The notes under the pieces: model-generated
The model's database searches: none
What the model saw: only the letters and a program-made list of their open reading frames with translations
What the model was told of the DNA's origin: nothing
Position numbers and translations under genes: made by a program
From: Geosiphon pyriformis uo1
Taxonomy: Eukaryota; Fungi; Glomeromycota
DNA: 63,876 nt
Reading direction: 5' to 3'
Assembly (NCBI GenBank): GCA_016748015.1
Contig: JAAOMT010000009.1
Location: 1,241,924-1,305,799 of the forward strand
Shown: positions 40,401 to 52,687 of the stretch, in pieces
How positions within the stretch are numbered: the first letter of the stretch is position 1
How the letters are laid out: every line of letters begins with the position of its first letter

Positions 40401-42145
40401 AATCCTTAAGGTTTCCAGTCACATTGTCAATTAATCCCACAAACTGCTTTCTGGCTGGCATGACCAACACATTGTTGTTATGTAGATCTTCCTTGATCAA
40501 TGATGTCTCTAATGTTTTTTGATCTGGCATCGGAGTTTCTGTTGTGGATATATTGGGTGTTAAAACCTACTTGAGTGTAGTTAAGTCACTATGAAGGTTT
40601 GGCATTGTCTTTGTGAACCAGTTTCTGAACTGTCATAGCGTGTGCTTCAAGTAGAGCATGTTTTGCAGATAGAAGAGATTGGATCCCAGGGGCTGTGTTC
40701 CTGATTGGTTTGTTTCTACTGTCAAGTTTATTGAGAATAGTAGTATAGTTAATAGTAATACTATGGTTTGTCATTTCGCTCCAAATGAGTTCTTGTACAA
40801 TTTTAGGTTCACTAATAGTTGTCTTGTGCAGTTTGGATCTGGTATTAGAGATATTTATACTGATGGCTTGGTCAAAAATTTGGGGTCTGTGAGTGCTTGC
40901 AATGGTGCCACTGCTTACTTTCTATGTGTCAACTTAGATGTGAGTATTAGAGTTTATGGTCTGCTGTCTTCAACTCTTGCAGAACTGCAAGCTATTGCTT
41001 TCACTTTGGACTGTGTTCTTGCTTCGAGCTCTGTGGTTTTGTACATGGATAGCCAGACCTCTTTGGGTATATGTGCTTCTCTGAACTGTTCTGTTGACTC
41101 TGATTTTTGCAAAAAGTGCAGGATTGAGAAGGAACACATCTATTCTACTATCATATCTAAGAATCTGTCAGTTGCTTGGGTCAAGATCAAGAGTCACTCT
41201 GTGATTGTTGGTAATAAGCATGCTGACTTTTTTGCAGATGCTGCCACCAATTTGAAGTTTGTGCTGCTTAATGGTATGATGTATTACTTTCTTGCTGTCA
41301 AAGGCAGACCTGTATTAGATAATGCTTGTTGCTTCATGAGGCATCTGTTTGATGCTGTTAATTTTGTTGGATGAAAATCTAGATGCACTGGATATGCTGT
41401 AGATCTTGATCTCAATGTGCATTTTGATATGCACTGAACATTCAAAGTTTGGCATCCAGATGATAGCATTTGCTCAGGCTTTTCTAGTTCTGCCTTTACA
41501 GTGCTTAGATCTTATTTTATAAAGGCTCTACACCATCATCTGCCTACTGTAAAAAGAAAGAGATTATATAAGTTGAGTTATCCTAGCATTTTGTGCATTC
41601 ACTGTGGTTTTACTGATGATTCTGATCATGTATTTTTATGTGAAAAAAATACTGATGCCAAGAAAAAATTGATTTCTAATATGGTCAGCAATTGGGCTAA
41701 CGTACTGGGCACCGGCTATGCTGGGTGCTCTATAGTTTGATTTTTGTGAATGGCTGAATTGTTCAACTGCTTGTATATGGTTTTAGCCAAGAGTTTTGTA
41801 ATAAAGAATTGGGTGGATGAAACCATGAGTGTGTTGGGTCCTGAATTCAATAGAGAACTGTTGATTGTTAACATGATCTGTGACTTTGCTGCAGACCACA
41901 GATCTGCTATCTGGGTGCCGAATGCTAGGCTGAGAGCATATTACGAAAAGCACAGTCTTTTGCTGAGGAATGAATCTCCAGCACCTGCTGTTTCTGGTTT
42001 GGCCTCTTGGTGGTCTCATAGAAAGATTTGTAATTTTGGTGTCAAATTGGGTATTCATATGTGTTTTGGCTTACATCCTGAATTGGCAAATTTGCATTTT
42101 GGTTTTCTGTGTGACTTCTCTGTTGTAGATAATTTAGGTGTGTAG
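37461..42145 (+). pseudogene. LINE ORF2: AP endonuclease, reverse transcriptase, RNase H, C-terminal CCHC
   Basis: APE: TCNVQG, ETKL, RDFNE, IDFIF, TDHNAV. RT: TRPIAL, QDMKKAYDSV, DQGE, FVDN. RH: IYTDG, AELQAI, YMDSQ, GNKHAD. C-terminal CIHC..DHVFLC. Confidence 0.93.
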
Positions 42146-42282
42146 TGTTGTCTTGATTGGCCTGAATGACTGGTCACATATAGAAAGAGCATGAGCCATG
42201 CTTAATTTAGGGTCATGTTTGATCTTATGTATTTAGGTAGTGGTTGGACTGCACTTGTTAAAATAAAAATAATAATAAAAAT

Positions 42283-43085
42283 AATAATAAAAAAGCTTTA
42301 AAATTATAAATAATATTATGAATCAAAAATTAAATTATAATTATTATTAATAACAAATAAAAACCAAAACAAAATTATTAATATTATTAACTAAAAATTA
42401 TTTGAAATTTACCAAAATTACAAATTAAACTATTAAGTCAAAAATATTTAATATATTAATAATTTTTATACTTAAAATAAAAATTTAAATTTATAAAAAA
42501 CGAATTTTTTTGATTTAAAATAAATATTATTGTTATTGTTTAAAAAAAATTAATTTGTAAACTTAATAGAATTAAACCACTTTATTATTAAGTTTTATAC
42601 TTTAAAAAAAGCTTTGAAAATTTTTTATAGCTTAAACTAAATAATAGTATTTTTTTTAAACTATTTGAAAAATATATCATATTTATCAAAATTTTAACAA
42701 CAACATATAAATAATAAATTCGAAATTATTATTTAACAAAAAAAAATTATTAGAAATTATTATTTAATTAATAAAATAACTCTTTTTTATTAAATAAGTA
42801 AAGTTCAATTATTATTTAATACAATACAACAATTTAGTGTTTTAAATTAAATATAATTTATATAATTATTTTAAATAAAATATTATTAATTAAATATAAA
42901 AAACAAACAAAATAATTTTAAAACAAAATTTACAATATAACTTTTTATGGTATTAAATATTTATAATATATCTTTAAATAATACAACAAAAAAACTACCA
43001 ATAATAACAAATACATAATTATTAATTTACTAATATATATATATATTTTAATATAGTTTTAAGTATAAAATTAAATAATTAAATA
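42283..43085. repeat. Right IR arm, segment 2 (probably continues further)
   Basis: Inverted copy of 1-692 plus about 3032-3148. Confidence 0.9.
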
Positions 43086-43981
43086 TGCTTTCTATGACTA
43101 ATTATTAATTTACAAACAAAATTAATCAATTTTATTATTACAGTCTTTAGATTATTAAAAACTAATAAGATTTTATCAATTTAATCTTTAAGCATAAAGT
43201 TTTACATATTATTATATATAAACTATTATTATTAGTACTTAAAAATAAAAATTAGAATATTAAAAAGATATTTAAATTTATATTAATTAAAAACTGGTAA
43301 AACAAATTAAAAATAAAAATCAATATTAAATAATATTGAATTAAATTACAATTCTTTAAAAAAAAAATTATTTTTAAAATACAAATCAAAAAATATTTAA
43401 TAACTGAATAAAAAAATTGTTAATATAATACAAATTTAAAAAATAATTTTAGCAAAATAATAATAATAATAATAATAATAAATATAATTTTGTTAAAACT
43501 TTAAAACAACATATTAAAATATGTTTAATTATCAAATTTACATAAAAAAAAACATATACACATACAAAAATTAATTAGCATATATACAAAAATCAAGAAT
43601 GATTAGTCGCATGTATACAATAAGTAATTTAAATTTACTTTATGTATTTATATGTTTTAATTTAACAAATCGTAATTGAACTATATTCATAAAAGCAATA
43701 TACAAAATTAACTAGCATACATACAAAATTAATAACATATACATAACACAATTAATAAGAGCAGAAATGAGAATTATTTTTTTCCAAAGTAAATAATAAT
43801 TTATTCTATTTTTATATTATATTTATTCATATTCATATTCATATTCGTTTTCATATTCATATTATTATTACTGAAATTTATAAATTAAAATAGATATAAT
43901 TAGGTTAATAAGATTTTTCTTTATTTCAGTTTTTAATTAATTCTTTCAAGAAATTTTATTACTATAACCTAAAATATTTTA

Positions 43982-44130
43982 ATTTATTAAATATTCTCAT
44001 ATCATTAAATATTTTACATTTATCAAATATTTTATCTTATCAAATATTTTACATTTATCAAATATTTTATCTTATTAAATATTTTATATCATCAAAATGA
44101 TTTATATCATCAAAATAATTTACATCATCA
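43982..44130 (+). repeat. Degenerate minisatellite, 17-18 bp unit (ATCAAATATTTTACATTT-like), about 8 copies
   Basis: Tandem units visible directly. Confidence 0.75.
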
Positions 44131-44417
44131 TTAAACAAATTCTTTTTTTTTCAGGTAAACAAACGTGAACCGAGGTTATTCGAAATTTCAAATTTTGTTT
44201 ACCTAAAAACTTATTCATTATCAAATTATATAAAAAAATAAAATATTTAAACTGAAGGATATTTATTTTATTAGCGGCAAGCAATGAACGAATTTTAAAA
44301 CAAAAAAAATACAATTCCATATTCCATATTTCATAATATATAATATAATATAATATAATATGAAGTAAAAAATTATTATTTTATTTTATTTTATTATAAA
44401 TATTTGATCAATCGGTA

Positions 44418-44461
<44 letters not shown>

Positions 44462-45452
44462 AATGGTGAAATATTTATTGAATCATTTTATTTTTTTTTG
44501 CTAAAAAGAAAATCAAATGATGATTATTGATATTTAAAAAATTATAAAAATGATGATAAAAAAGGGTTTATCATTTTTCAAGTTAAAAGAATGATTTATG
44601 ATGATTCATGATTTGATATAGAGAATCAAAATCATGAATCAATGTAACATATCTCGATAATAAATAAAAAGGTATCATCATTTTTTTCATTAGATTTCAT
44701 TTCATTTGGTAACAAAAAAAAATGCTTAAAATCAAAATACCTCGAAAGCCTCAGATATAGTCATAGTCGAAAAGAAATGAAATTCCGAAAAAGTATGGTA
44801 TGTGTATTATGTATATTATGTATATTATGTAGTGTATGTATATTATGTATATTATGTATGTTATGTATATTATATGTTTTTGTATTCTGTATCGTATGAT
44901 ATGTATGTATGAATTTTTTAGAAAAAAATAAAATAAAATAAAATAGACCAAGAAAAAAATATTACAAAAATTACTTAAAAAGATTTGCTTATAAATAAAT
45001 TTAAATAATTTCCCGAGCTTTCATCCCTATTACTCATATGACCCTTTCTTTTCTCCACAAAAAACATCGTTATATCAGTTTATAGGATATATTTGATATT
45101 TTCGAAATTTCATCATAATGATACGGAAATGATCTGTTATTCCGAGACTTGAAAAGATTTATCAGTTTTTTTACCAANNNNNNNNNNNNNNNNNNNNACA
45201 CACAAAAAAAAAAACATTAAATCATAGCGATCGTTATAGACTTAAAGATGAAGACAAAGAGAGAGAGAAAGAGAGAAAGAGAGGGAGGTAAAATTGAAAC
45301 AAAACATTTAATTATATTTATATGGATGAGTTTTTTCCATTAAAGTTTTATTATTATTATTATTATTATTGTATTATTATTTATTATTATTAAAAAAAAC
45401 TCTCAAAATCAATCTTGATATCTAATTATAAATTTTGATTTCTGTGAAATAA

Positions 45453-45488
<36 letters not shown>

Positions 45489-45948
45489 TTTTCCCTCGGA
45501 AATAATGTATCCGTGAAATGAAATTAATCGGAGAAACTTTATAAATTTTTTTATATTGAAAAAAATATATTTTCCCAATGGTGATTAATATGTTTTTAAA
45601 ACCTCAAATTTTCCTTGTTTATCTTTTCACCAAAATGAAAGAATGATTAAAAAAGAAAAAAGAAAAAAGAAAAAAAGAAAAAAAAGAAAAAAAAAAAAGA
45701 AAAAGACGAACGTAAATCGGTCCTATTCACGATCGTAAAATAAAAATAAACATGGGAAATTTTAACCTTTGAATATGATTTTTATTATTTCTTATTCTTT
45801 TTCAATTATTATTGAGTGAACAAAATTATTTATTTATTTGTTTGTTTGTTTATTTGTTTGTTTGTTTGTTTGTCTATTTGTTTAATAAGCAATTTTTATC
45901 AAATTCATGTTGAAAATTCTAAATTTCGTTAAATTGAGTACACATGTA

Positions 45949-47215
45949 TCATTTGGAATGTTTCAAATGGGGNNNNNNNNNNNNNNNNNNNNNNNNNNNN
46001 NNNNNNNNNNNNNNNNNNNNNNNNNNNNNNNNNNNNNNNNNNNNNNNNNNNNNNNNNNNNNNNNNNNNNNNNNNNNNNNNNNNNNNNNNNNNNNNNNNNN
46101 NNNNNNNNNNNNNNNNNNNNNNNNNNNNNNNNNNNNNNNNNNNNNNNNNNNNNNNNNNNNNNNNNNNNNNNNNNNNNNNNNNNNNNNNNNNNNNNNNNNN
46201 NNNNNNNNNNNNNNNNNNNNNNNNNNNNNNNNNNNNNNNNNNNNNNNNNNNNNNNNNNNNNNNNNNNNNNNNNNNNNNNNNNNNNNNNNNNNNNNNNNNN
46301 NNNNNNNNNNNNNNNNNNNNNNNNNNNNNNNNNNNNNNNNNNNNNNNNNNNNNNNNNNNNNNNNNNNNNNNNNNNNNNNNNNNNNNNNNNNNNNNNNNNN
46401 NNNNNNNNNNNNNNNNNNNNNNNNNNNNNNNNNNNNNNNNNNNNNNNNNNNNNNNNNNNNNNNNNNNNNNNNNNNNNNNNNNNNNNNNNNNNNNNNNNNN
46501 NNNNNNNNNNNNNNNNNNNNNNNNNNNNNNNNNNNNNNNNNNNNNNNNNNNNNNNNNNNNNNNNNNNNNNNNNNNNNNNNNNNNNNNNNNNNNNNNNNNN
46601 NNNNNNNNNNNNNNNNNNNNNNNNNNNNNNNNNNNNNNNNNNNNNNNNNNNNNNNNNNNNNNNNNNNNNNNNNNNNNNNNNNNNNNNNNNNNNNNNNNNN
46701 NNNNNNNNNNNNNNNNNNNNNNNNNNNNNNNNNNNNNNNNNNNNNNNNNNNNNTCCTCACGACTATCGAATTCTTTTGGTTCGTGTAAAAGAGAGATTGA
46801 TGGTAAAGTAATATTCTTGCGTGAAAGAGAAGAAGAAGAAGAAGAAGAAGAAATTTGTGATGGTCGTAGTGTGACACTGGATAATTTTGGTGGATCTAAT
46901 TTACTGGGATATGAAAGGAATGAGTTTGTTGATTTTGTGGGCTGATAAGTTGCTATTCTTGTTTTATTGTCATATGAGGTAAAATCGAATGTAAATGTAT
47001 GGTTCAAAGTTCCTATTGAAAAAAATTTAAAAAAAAAAAAGGAAATTTAGTTTTTTCAGTTCAGAATTGAAAAGGTAAAAGGGATCAAAAGTAAAAGGAA
47101 TCAAAAAGTAAAAGGGATCAAAATGAAAATACATACTACTTTGTTCCACCACCACATTAATAACGGAAGTCGCTAAAGAACTCGAGTAAGCAGAGGGTGC
47201 TTTTTCGTGATTCAT
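45949..47215 (-). CDS. Host gene, spliced; Ser-rich protein with an LPSIS motif, possibly a transcription regulator; middle lies in an N gap and the 3' end is uncertain
   Basis: Exon 1 47215-47137 (MNHEKAPS...EQS); intron GTATGT...CAATAG 47136-47013; exon 2 from 47012 restores the frame (RTLNHTFTFDF...ITLPSISLL); CpGs intact. Confidence 0.7.
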
Positions 47216-47242
47216 TTTTTTCTTTTTCCCGAAATTTGTTTT

Positions 47243-47385
47243 TTGAGTTGAGTTGAGTTGAGTTGAGTTGAGTTGAGATGAATTGAGTTGAATTGAGTTG
47301 AGTTGAATTGAGTTGAGTTGAATTGAGTTGAGTTGAATTGAGTTGAGTTGAATTGAATTGAGTTGGGTTGGGTTGGGTTGGGTTG
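47243..47385. repeat. (TGAGT)n/(TGGGT)n pentanucleotide microsatellite just upstream of the host ATG
   Basis: Seen directly. Confidence 0.9.
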
Positions 47386-47635
47386 AATATGGTTTTTATC
47401 AATTAATAAGAAAGTGAAAAAGTTTTTTTTAATTGTTGAAACTTGAAAATGGTTGTTTGATGGTTAAAGAATTATGAAAAAAAAAAAAAAAAATTCGAAA
47501 TTTTGGTGTCGATATTTATATCAATTTTAAAAAGTTTTACTCTCGGGACCACCACCTTTCCCCGAAATTTAAATTTGGTTTCCCACGAAAAAGGATTATT
47601 CCAAAAACAGACTCGATTTTACAAGACTATACTAA

Positions 47636-47671
<36 letters not shown>

Positions 47672-48204
47672 TTACTTGAATCTTTTTTAAAAAAGTATTT
47701 ATATGGTAAAATTATTGATCACCGAAAGAAGAAAAAATAAAAATAAAATAAAAAATTTCAAAATAAAAGGAATAATAAAGTAAACAAGAAAATTCAATTA
47801 GAAACTCTTTAATTATTTCTAAAAAGGTCAAAAAATCATAATCTAGAATCCGTAGTTCATTTTATATAAATTAAAAAATGAAAAAAAAAAAAAGGATTCT
47901 ATAACCCATCGTTTCGGCGATGAAATTCCTTTAATAAATATCATTTTTATTGCTTGTGTTTTTCGATATATATAAAACTTTTTCCTTTTTTAATTAATAT
48001 CAAAATCATCAGATCACCTCCTCATGATACACGAAAAATACCGGTTTTTTTTGTCAGATTATTCTATATATTATTCTTGCATAATTCAAAGATGATCATT
48101 AACCGGTTGAATAAAAAATGTTTTAACCTATTTTTAAGTTTTTGACACGCCTAATCATGTAAATTTATGCCGATATCTCGGAATTTCAAAACCCATGTAA
48201 TACC

Positions 48205-48360
48205 AATTATTACTATTATTATTATTACTATTCTTATTATTATTAATACTACTATTACTATTACTATTACTATTACTATTACTATTACTATTATTATAAC
48301 TATTATCACTATTACTATTATTGTTACTAATTATTATTATCATTGTTATTATTATTATTA
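48205..48360. repeat. (TAT/TAC)n microsatellite
   Basis: Seen directly. Confidence 0.85.
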
Positions 48361-48929
48361 TTTACTATAAATAGTACGTTATTGATAATTGTGATTTGTA
48401 TCACGTGTAACAAAATCTAATCCCATGCATTTTTTATTTGGTAAACTTAAAAGATCATGAATTGCATGTATCGTTAATATTATTAAAAAAAAATGATGAT
48501 AAATTCTTTTTTTATTCTTTCCCTTATGTGTTAATCTTTTGGGCTGATGGTGTTTAAATTCATCATAAAAAGAAAGTAAAAAGAAATTTTTAAATAAATA
48601 AATAAATGGGATAAGTAAGTCAATGAATGAATTTAATTAATTAATTATATAATTATATAATTAATTAATTAATTAAAAAAAGGAATTTTTTAAGATTTCT
48701 TATAACTTTAAAAATTCAAATTTTAACTTAGATTTAGATTTAGCTAAACATACTCTTTTTGAAGATTAGCGGGGGAAGGGGGAAGGGGGGGTTTTATTTT
48801 TATTTTTATTTTTATTTTGATTGACCTGACTAATAATGATCACCCATTATATGAAGTTTTTTTGTTTTTGTTTTTTTGAAATTCGCTGCATAATAATATA
48901 TATATATATATATATAGATAAATCTAGAC

Positions 48930-48998
48930 ATACATGCGTATACGGATTCATACATACATACATATACGGATTCATACATACATACATATACGGATTCA
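48930..48998 (+). repeat. 24-bp tandem repeat (TACGGATTCATACATACATACATA), about 3 copies
   Basis: TACGGATTCAT occurs three times at 24-bp spacing. Confidence 0.8.
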
Positions 48999-50566
48999 TT
49001 ATCCTCATTCATGCAAAACAACCACCTTTACTCGGTTCTAAATAAGTAATTCTTTTGCATGCTCTCAATTGTCTTTAATTATCTTTTCAGGAAATCATAT
49101 TTTGTCGATCGTTGAGATGAGTGCTCTTTTTTTTTTCTTTTTTGTTTAGAATCTAGCTGTTTTTTTGCTGCTGCTGCTGCTGCTGTCATTACGTTAACCG
49201 GTTACATTTTATATATTTAATTGTTTCAAAAGAAAACAAAACAATAAAGAAAAATCTTTGTTAAAAAAATCCTAATTAAATAAATTAATAAAATTTTGGA
49301 ATATTAAAATCTTTAAAAAAAAAAAAAAAGTTTTTTTTGGGGTTGGGTTGGGATGGGGGAAGGGGGGGGTTTTTTTTTTTGACTGATCAGAAAAAAATTC
49401 AAACCTTTTTTAACCTAGTTATTTTATTGAAACTAAAACATGACGTAACAAAATAAGGAACACAAATTATTTTTTTTTATCAATCCCATTTTTGGACCAT
49501 CCCATAAACCTTATATATATATATATAACATAACTAACGATCCCTTCGCTTGTCCATCCAGAGGAAACATATCAATATATTAAGGTATTACACTGCTTGA
49601 AGTGTTTTAGTTTGTTTATGATCCTATCATAACACAACATCCTTGGTTAGACAGATAATCAATTAATAGTTCAAACTAACCTAATTTTTTTTATTTACAC
49701 ACAGCAATTTCCGTTAATATCTTAATTGTATTGTGAAAAAGAAGATTTTACCAAAATGTAACTTTTTTTAAAAAAAAATAAACCAGTTATTCATTGATTG
49801 TAAATAGAAAGAAAATAAAAAAAATTATTATAATTCATCTTATCATACAACGACAGCCTTATGGTTAAAAAAATAATATTGTGACTCATATATTTTCCTA
49901 TTACTCGCAATAATTATTCTAATCGAGTCGTTCCGTTTACTCCAGTCTCATTATGGTCCCCTTTGCCAAAGAAGCAAAAAATCATTAAAAGTATTTTCAC
50001 TGTTTCCTTCATTTTATACTATCAATGAGAACCGCTACTATAAGTCACTCTTATTTGGATTGATGGCTTTTAATGAGATTATGAATCAAGTTCTCACTTT
50101 ACTCGACAAAACTCTCCTTATAACTAAACGTCTCGATCTAATTTCCCTGTCTCTTTCATTGTCTAACTGAGACAAATTTGACTAGACAATAAATTTTACA
50201 AAGATTTTTTGCAATTCCTATCCATTCTGATAAAATTACCAATATAGAGAGAAGGATAAAATTGAACCTTTTTAAACATGACTTTTTCCCAAGTATGTCT
50301 TTCAAGATACAGTGGTTTTCAATTTTATTCATCTACGATTGGCACTTGTTAACCTGTTGAATTATTTGGTTTAATGATCTAGGCTTAATTCTTTACATAC
50401 AAAGAGCAACTTTGACAATCATAAGAAGTTAGAATCATGAAAACCAACGATTAATGCTCTTACCAAAAGACTAAATATAAATAATATTTTGGTATTACAA
50501 TTCTATTTTTATTATAAATAAAAACCAATAATTTATTTTTTATTGATAATAATACAATAATAATAC

Positions 50567-50567
<1 letters not shown>

Positions 50568-50641
<74 letters not shown>
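50568..50641. repeat. (AAT)n microsatellite running into a gap
   Basis: Seen directly; similar runs at 44417-44460 and 45455-45488. Confidence 0.9.
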
Positions 50642-52067
50642 NNNNNNNNNNNNNNNNNNNNNNNNNNNNNNNNNNNNNNNNNNNNNNNNNNNNNNNNNNN
50701 NNNNNNNNNNNNNNNNNNNNNNNNNNNNNNNNNNNNNNNNNNNNNNNNNNNNNNNNNNNNNNNNNNNNNNNNNNNNNNNNNAAATACTAAATTATAAACA
50801 ATAACAAATACTAAATTATTACATAATAACAAATTTTTTTTCTTTATATTAATTTTAATACAATAATTTTTATTATTATTAAATACAAATCTGGTTTTTA
50901 TAAATTAATTTCTAAATACAAAGTTTTTGCATAAAATTATATATAAATTATTATTTTAAATATTAAATATTAATATTTAAAATACCAAAAAAATATTTAA
51001 ATTTATATTATTTACAAAATACCAAAAAAAAATTTATTTAATAAATATTAATAAATAAACAAGTTTTATAATAAAACTTTTTTTTTTCTTAATTTTTATA
51101 ATTATAATTAAAACAAAAAATAAGAAACTATATATTTTTTAAATAATATAGTAATTAAACAGTTTTTTATTGTTTTAAAAACACTTTTTTATCTTTAATT
51201 AAAAGTCTTTTTTTTTCTAAAATTTTTTTAAAATAGTTTACTTAAACAGTTTTAATATAATTTTTATTTTTTTTAAAAATTTAAAATTTTTTGATAAGAA
51301 ACTAATAATCAAATTATTATTATTTTTTCTTTTTTTTTCTTATTACTGCTTAAATAACAAAGCCAAAATAGCCAAAAAACAACTTTTTTAAAGTATTAAA
51401 AAAAAAATTTTTTCTGGTGTTTTTGGTAATTTTAATATTTTAAAGTCTGTATTTTTTTTTATGAAAAATAAAACTTTGGTTTTTTCTGTTTTTTTTTTGG
51501 TTTTCTTATTAGTATTAATATTAATAATAATATCTAGTTTTATTATAATTATAAATAAAAAAAAATTTCTTGTTTTAAACAATAATAATAAAATTTTATT
51601 AGTTTTTTTGGTCTGAATTAATTTTTGGTTGTGTTTTTTAATATATTAATTTTTGATATTATTTGTAAAATAAAACAAAAAAATATTATTAATATAATAT
51701 AATATAATTAATTTAATAATAATATAATCATTAATATATAATATTAGAAATTTTAATAATAATTTATAAAAAAATATAAAAATCTTATATTATAAAAATT
51801 TATATATATATAATAATAACTATAAAAACAAAAAAAAAACATATTTAGTTTAAATTTTATTAAGTAACTTTTGCAATTAAAAATTTAATATTTAAAACAA
51901 AATACTTAAATAAAATTATTATTTAAATTATTTAATATTTAATTTTTATATAACTATATTTATTTTATTAAAATTTATTTATATTTTAAATTAATACCAA
52001 TAGTGTCTATATAATATTATTAATAATATTAAAACAATAATTTTTAATTATAATTATTAACAAGATA

Positions 52068-52687
52068 CAGTAAACTCTCTTTATAATTACATCTTTTGGT
52101 CAACACATTTGTGATGACTATAGAAAAATGGGACTATAAAAAATAATTAATATCTTATCACATGTCTATATATCATATGCATAATATAATAACCAATTAT
52201 ATATATTTTATTTAAAAAAGCTATCTATTTGCAACTGTTTTTTTTCTTTTTGAACTTTGAGAACAGTATTATGAATTAATATTTTCAAAGTTTTAAAAAA
52301 GTTTGAATCAATTTTTTCACTATATTGCTCTTTACAATAGTGCAATGTATCTTCAAGTGCAGTTTTACCTTGATATGTAGATAGCAAAGACAAAAGTTCA
52401 TTTTTATCTTCACTTTCTAAATCTTTATTTGTATTAGAATTTCCACTATATTTGTTGTTAATAAGATCCACAATTTTATTCTCTGAGGCATAAGTAAATA
52501 ATAGTTTAAACTTATTAATATTAATAAAGTCTATTGCCAATAGCTTGTCAATATCAACATGTTCAATAAGAACTTGTACTTCTTATAAGAGTTTTTGTTT
52601 AATATCTAATGAATAGACTGACATTTGACTATTATTTAGAATTTTTATATGACACCAACAGTTTTGGATTGTAGTTGTTGTTACTAT
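52068..52687 (-). mobile_element. 3' end of a pogo/Tigger-type DNA transposon, interrupted by G4
   Basis: Terminus TA|CAGTAAACTCTCTTTATAAT; transposase tail TTIQNCWCHIKIL...KQLQIDSFFK*. Confidence 0.8.
52208..52687 (-). pseudogene. C-terminal fragment of a DDE_1/CENP-B-family transposase
   Basis: TIxNCW motif at the end of the DDE_1 domain; C-terminal PIP-box-like QxxIxxFF. Confidence 0.75.

Larger units (their letters stand above)
35772..42282 (+). mobile_element. Element E: autonomous-type LINE (ORF1 plus APE-RT-RNaseH-CCHC ORF2), probably slightly 5'-truncated, decayed
   Basis: Two ORFs; 3' UTR and A/AAT tail at 42260-42282; AATAAT-type TSD; empty site in the left arm near 3143-3152. Confidence 0.93.

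Noticed and set aside
45907-46945. Long ORFs in the track that span N runs (also 50533, 56717-57726, 58350-58703)
   Set aside because: Artefacts of translating assembly gaps.
47157-48370. ORFs with NSTQL, poly-NS or poly-IT repeats
   Set aside because: Translations of microsatellites.
48633-48672. Perfect 40-bp AT palindrome
   Set aside because: Built from self-complementary TTAA/TA microsatellite units, so it is expected from slippage.
49860-50470. GC-richer stretch with a + strand open frame of about 90 codons
   Set aside because: No clear start, splice model or motif; may be a pseudogene or exon but cannot be supported.
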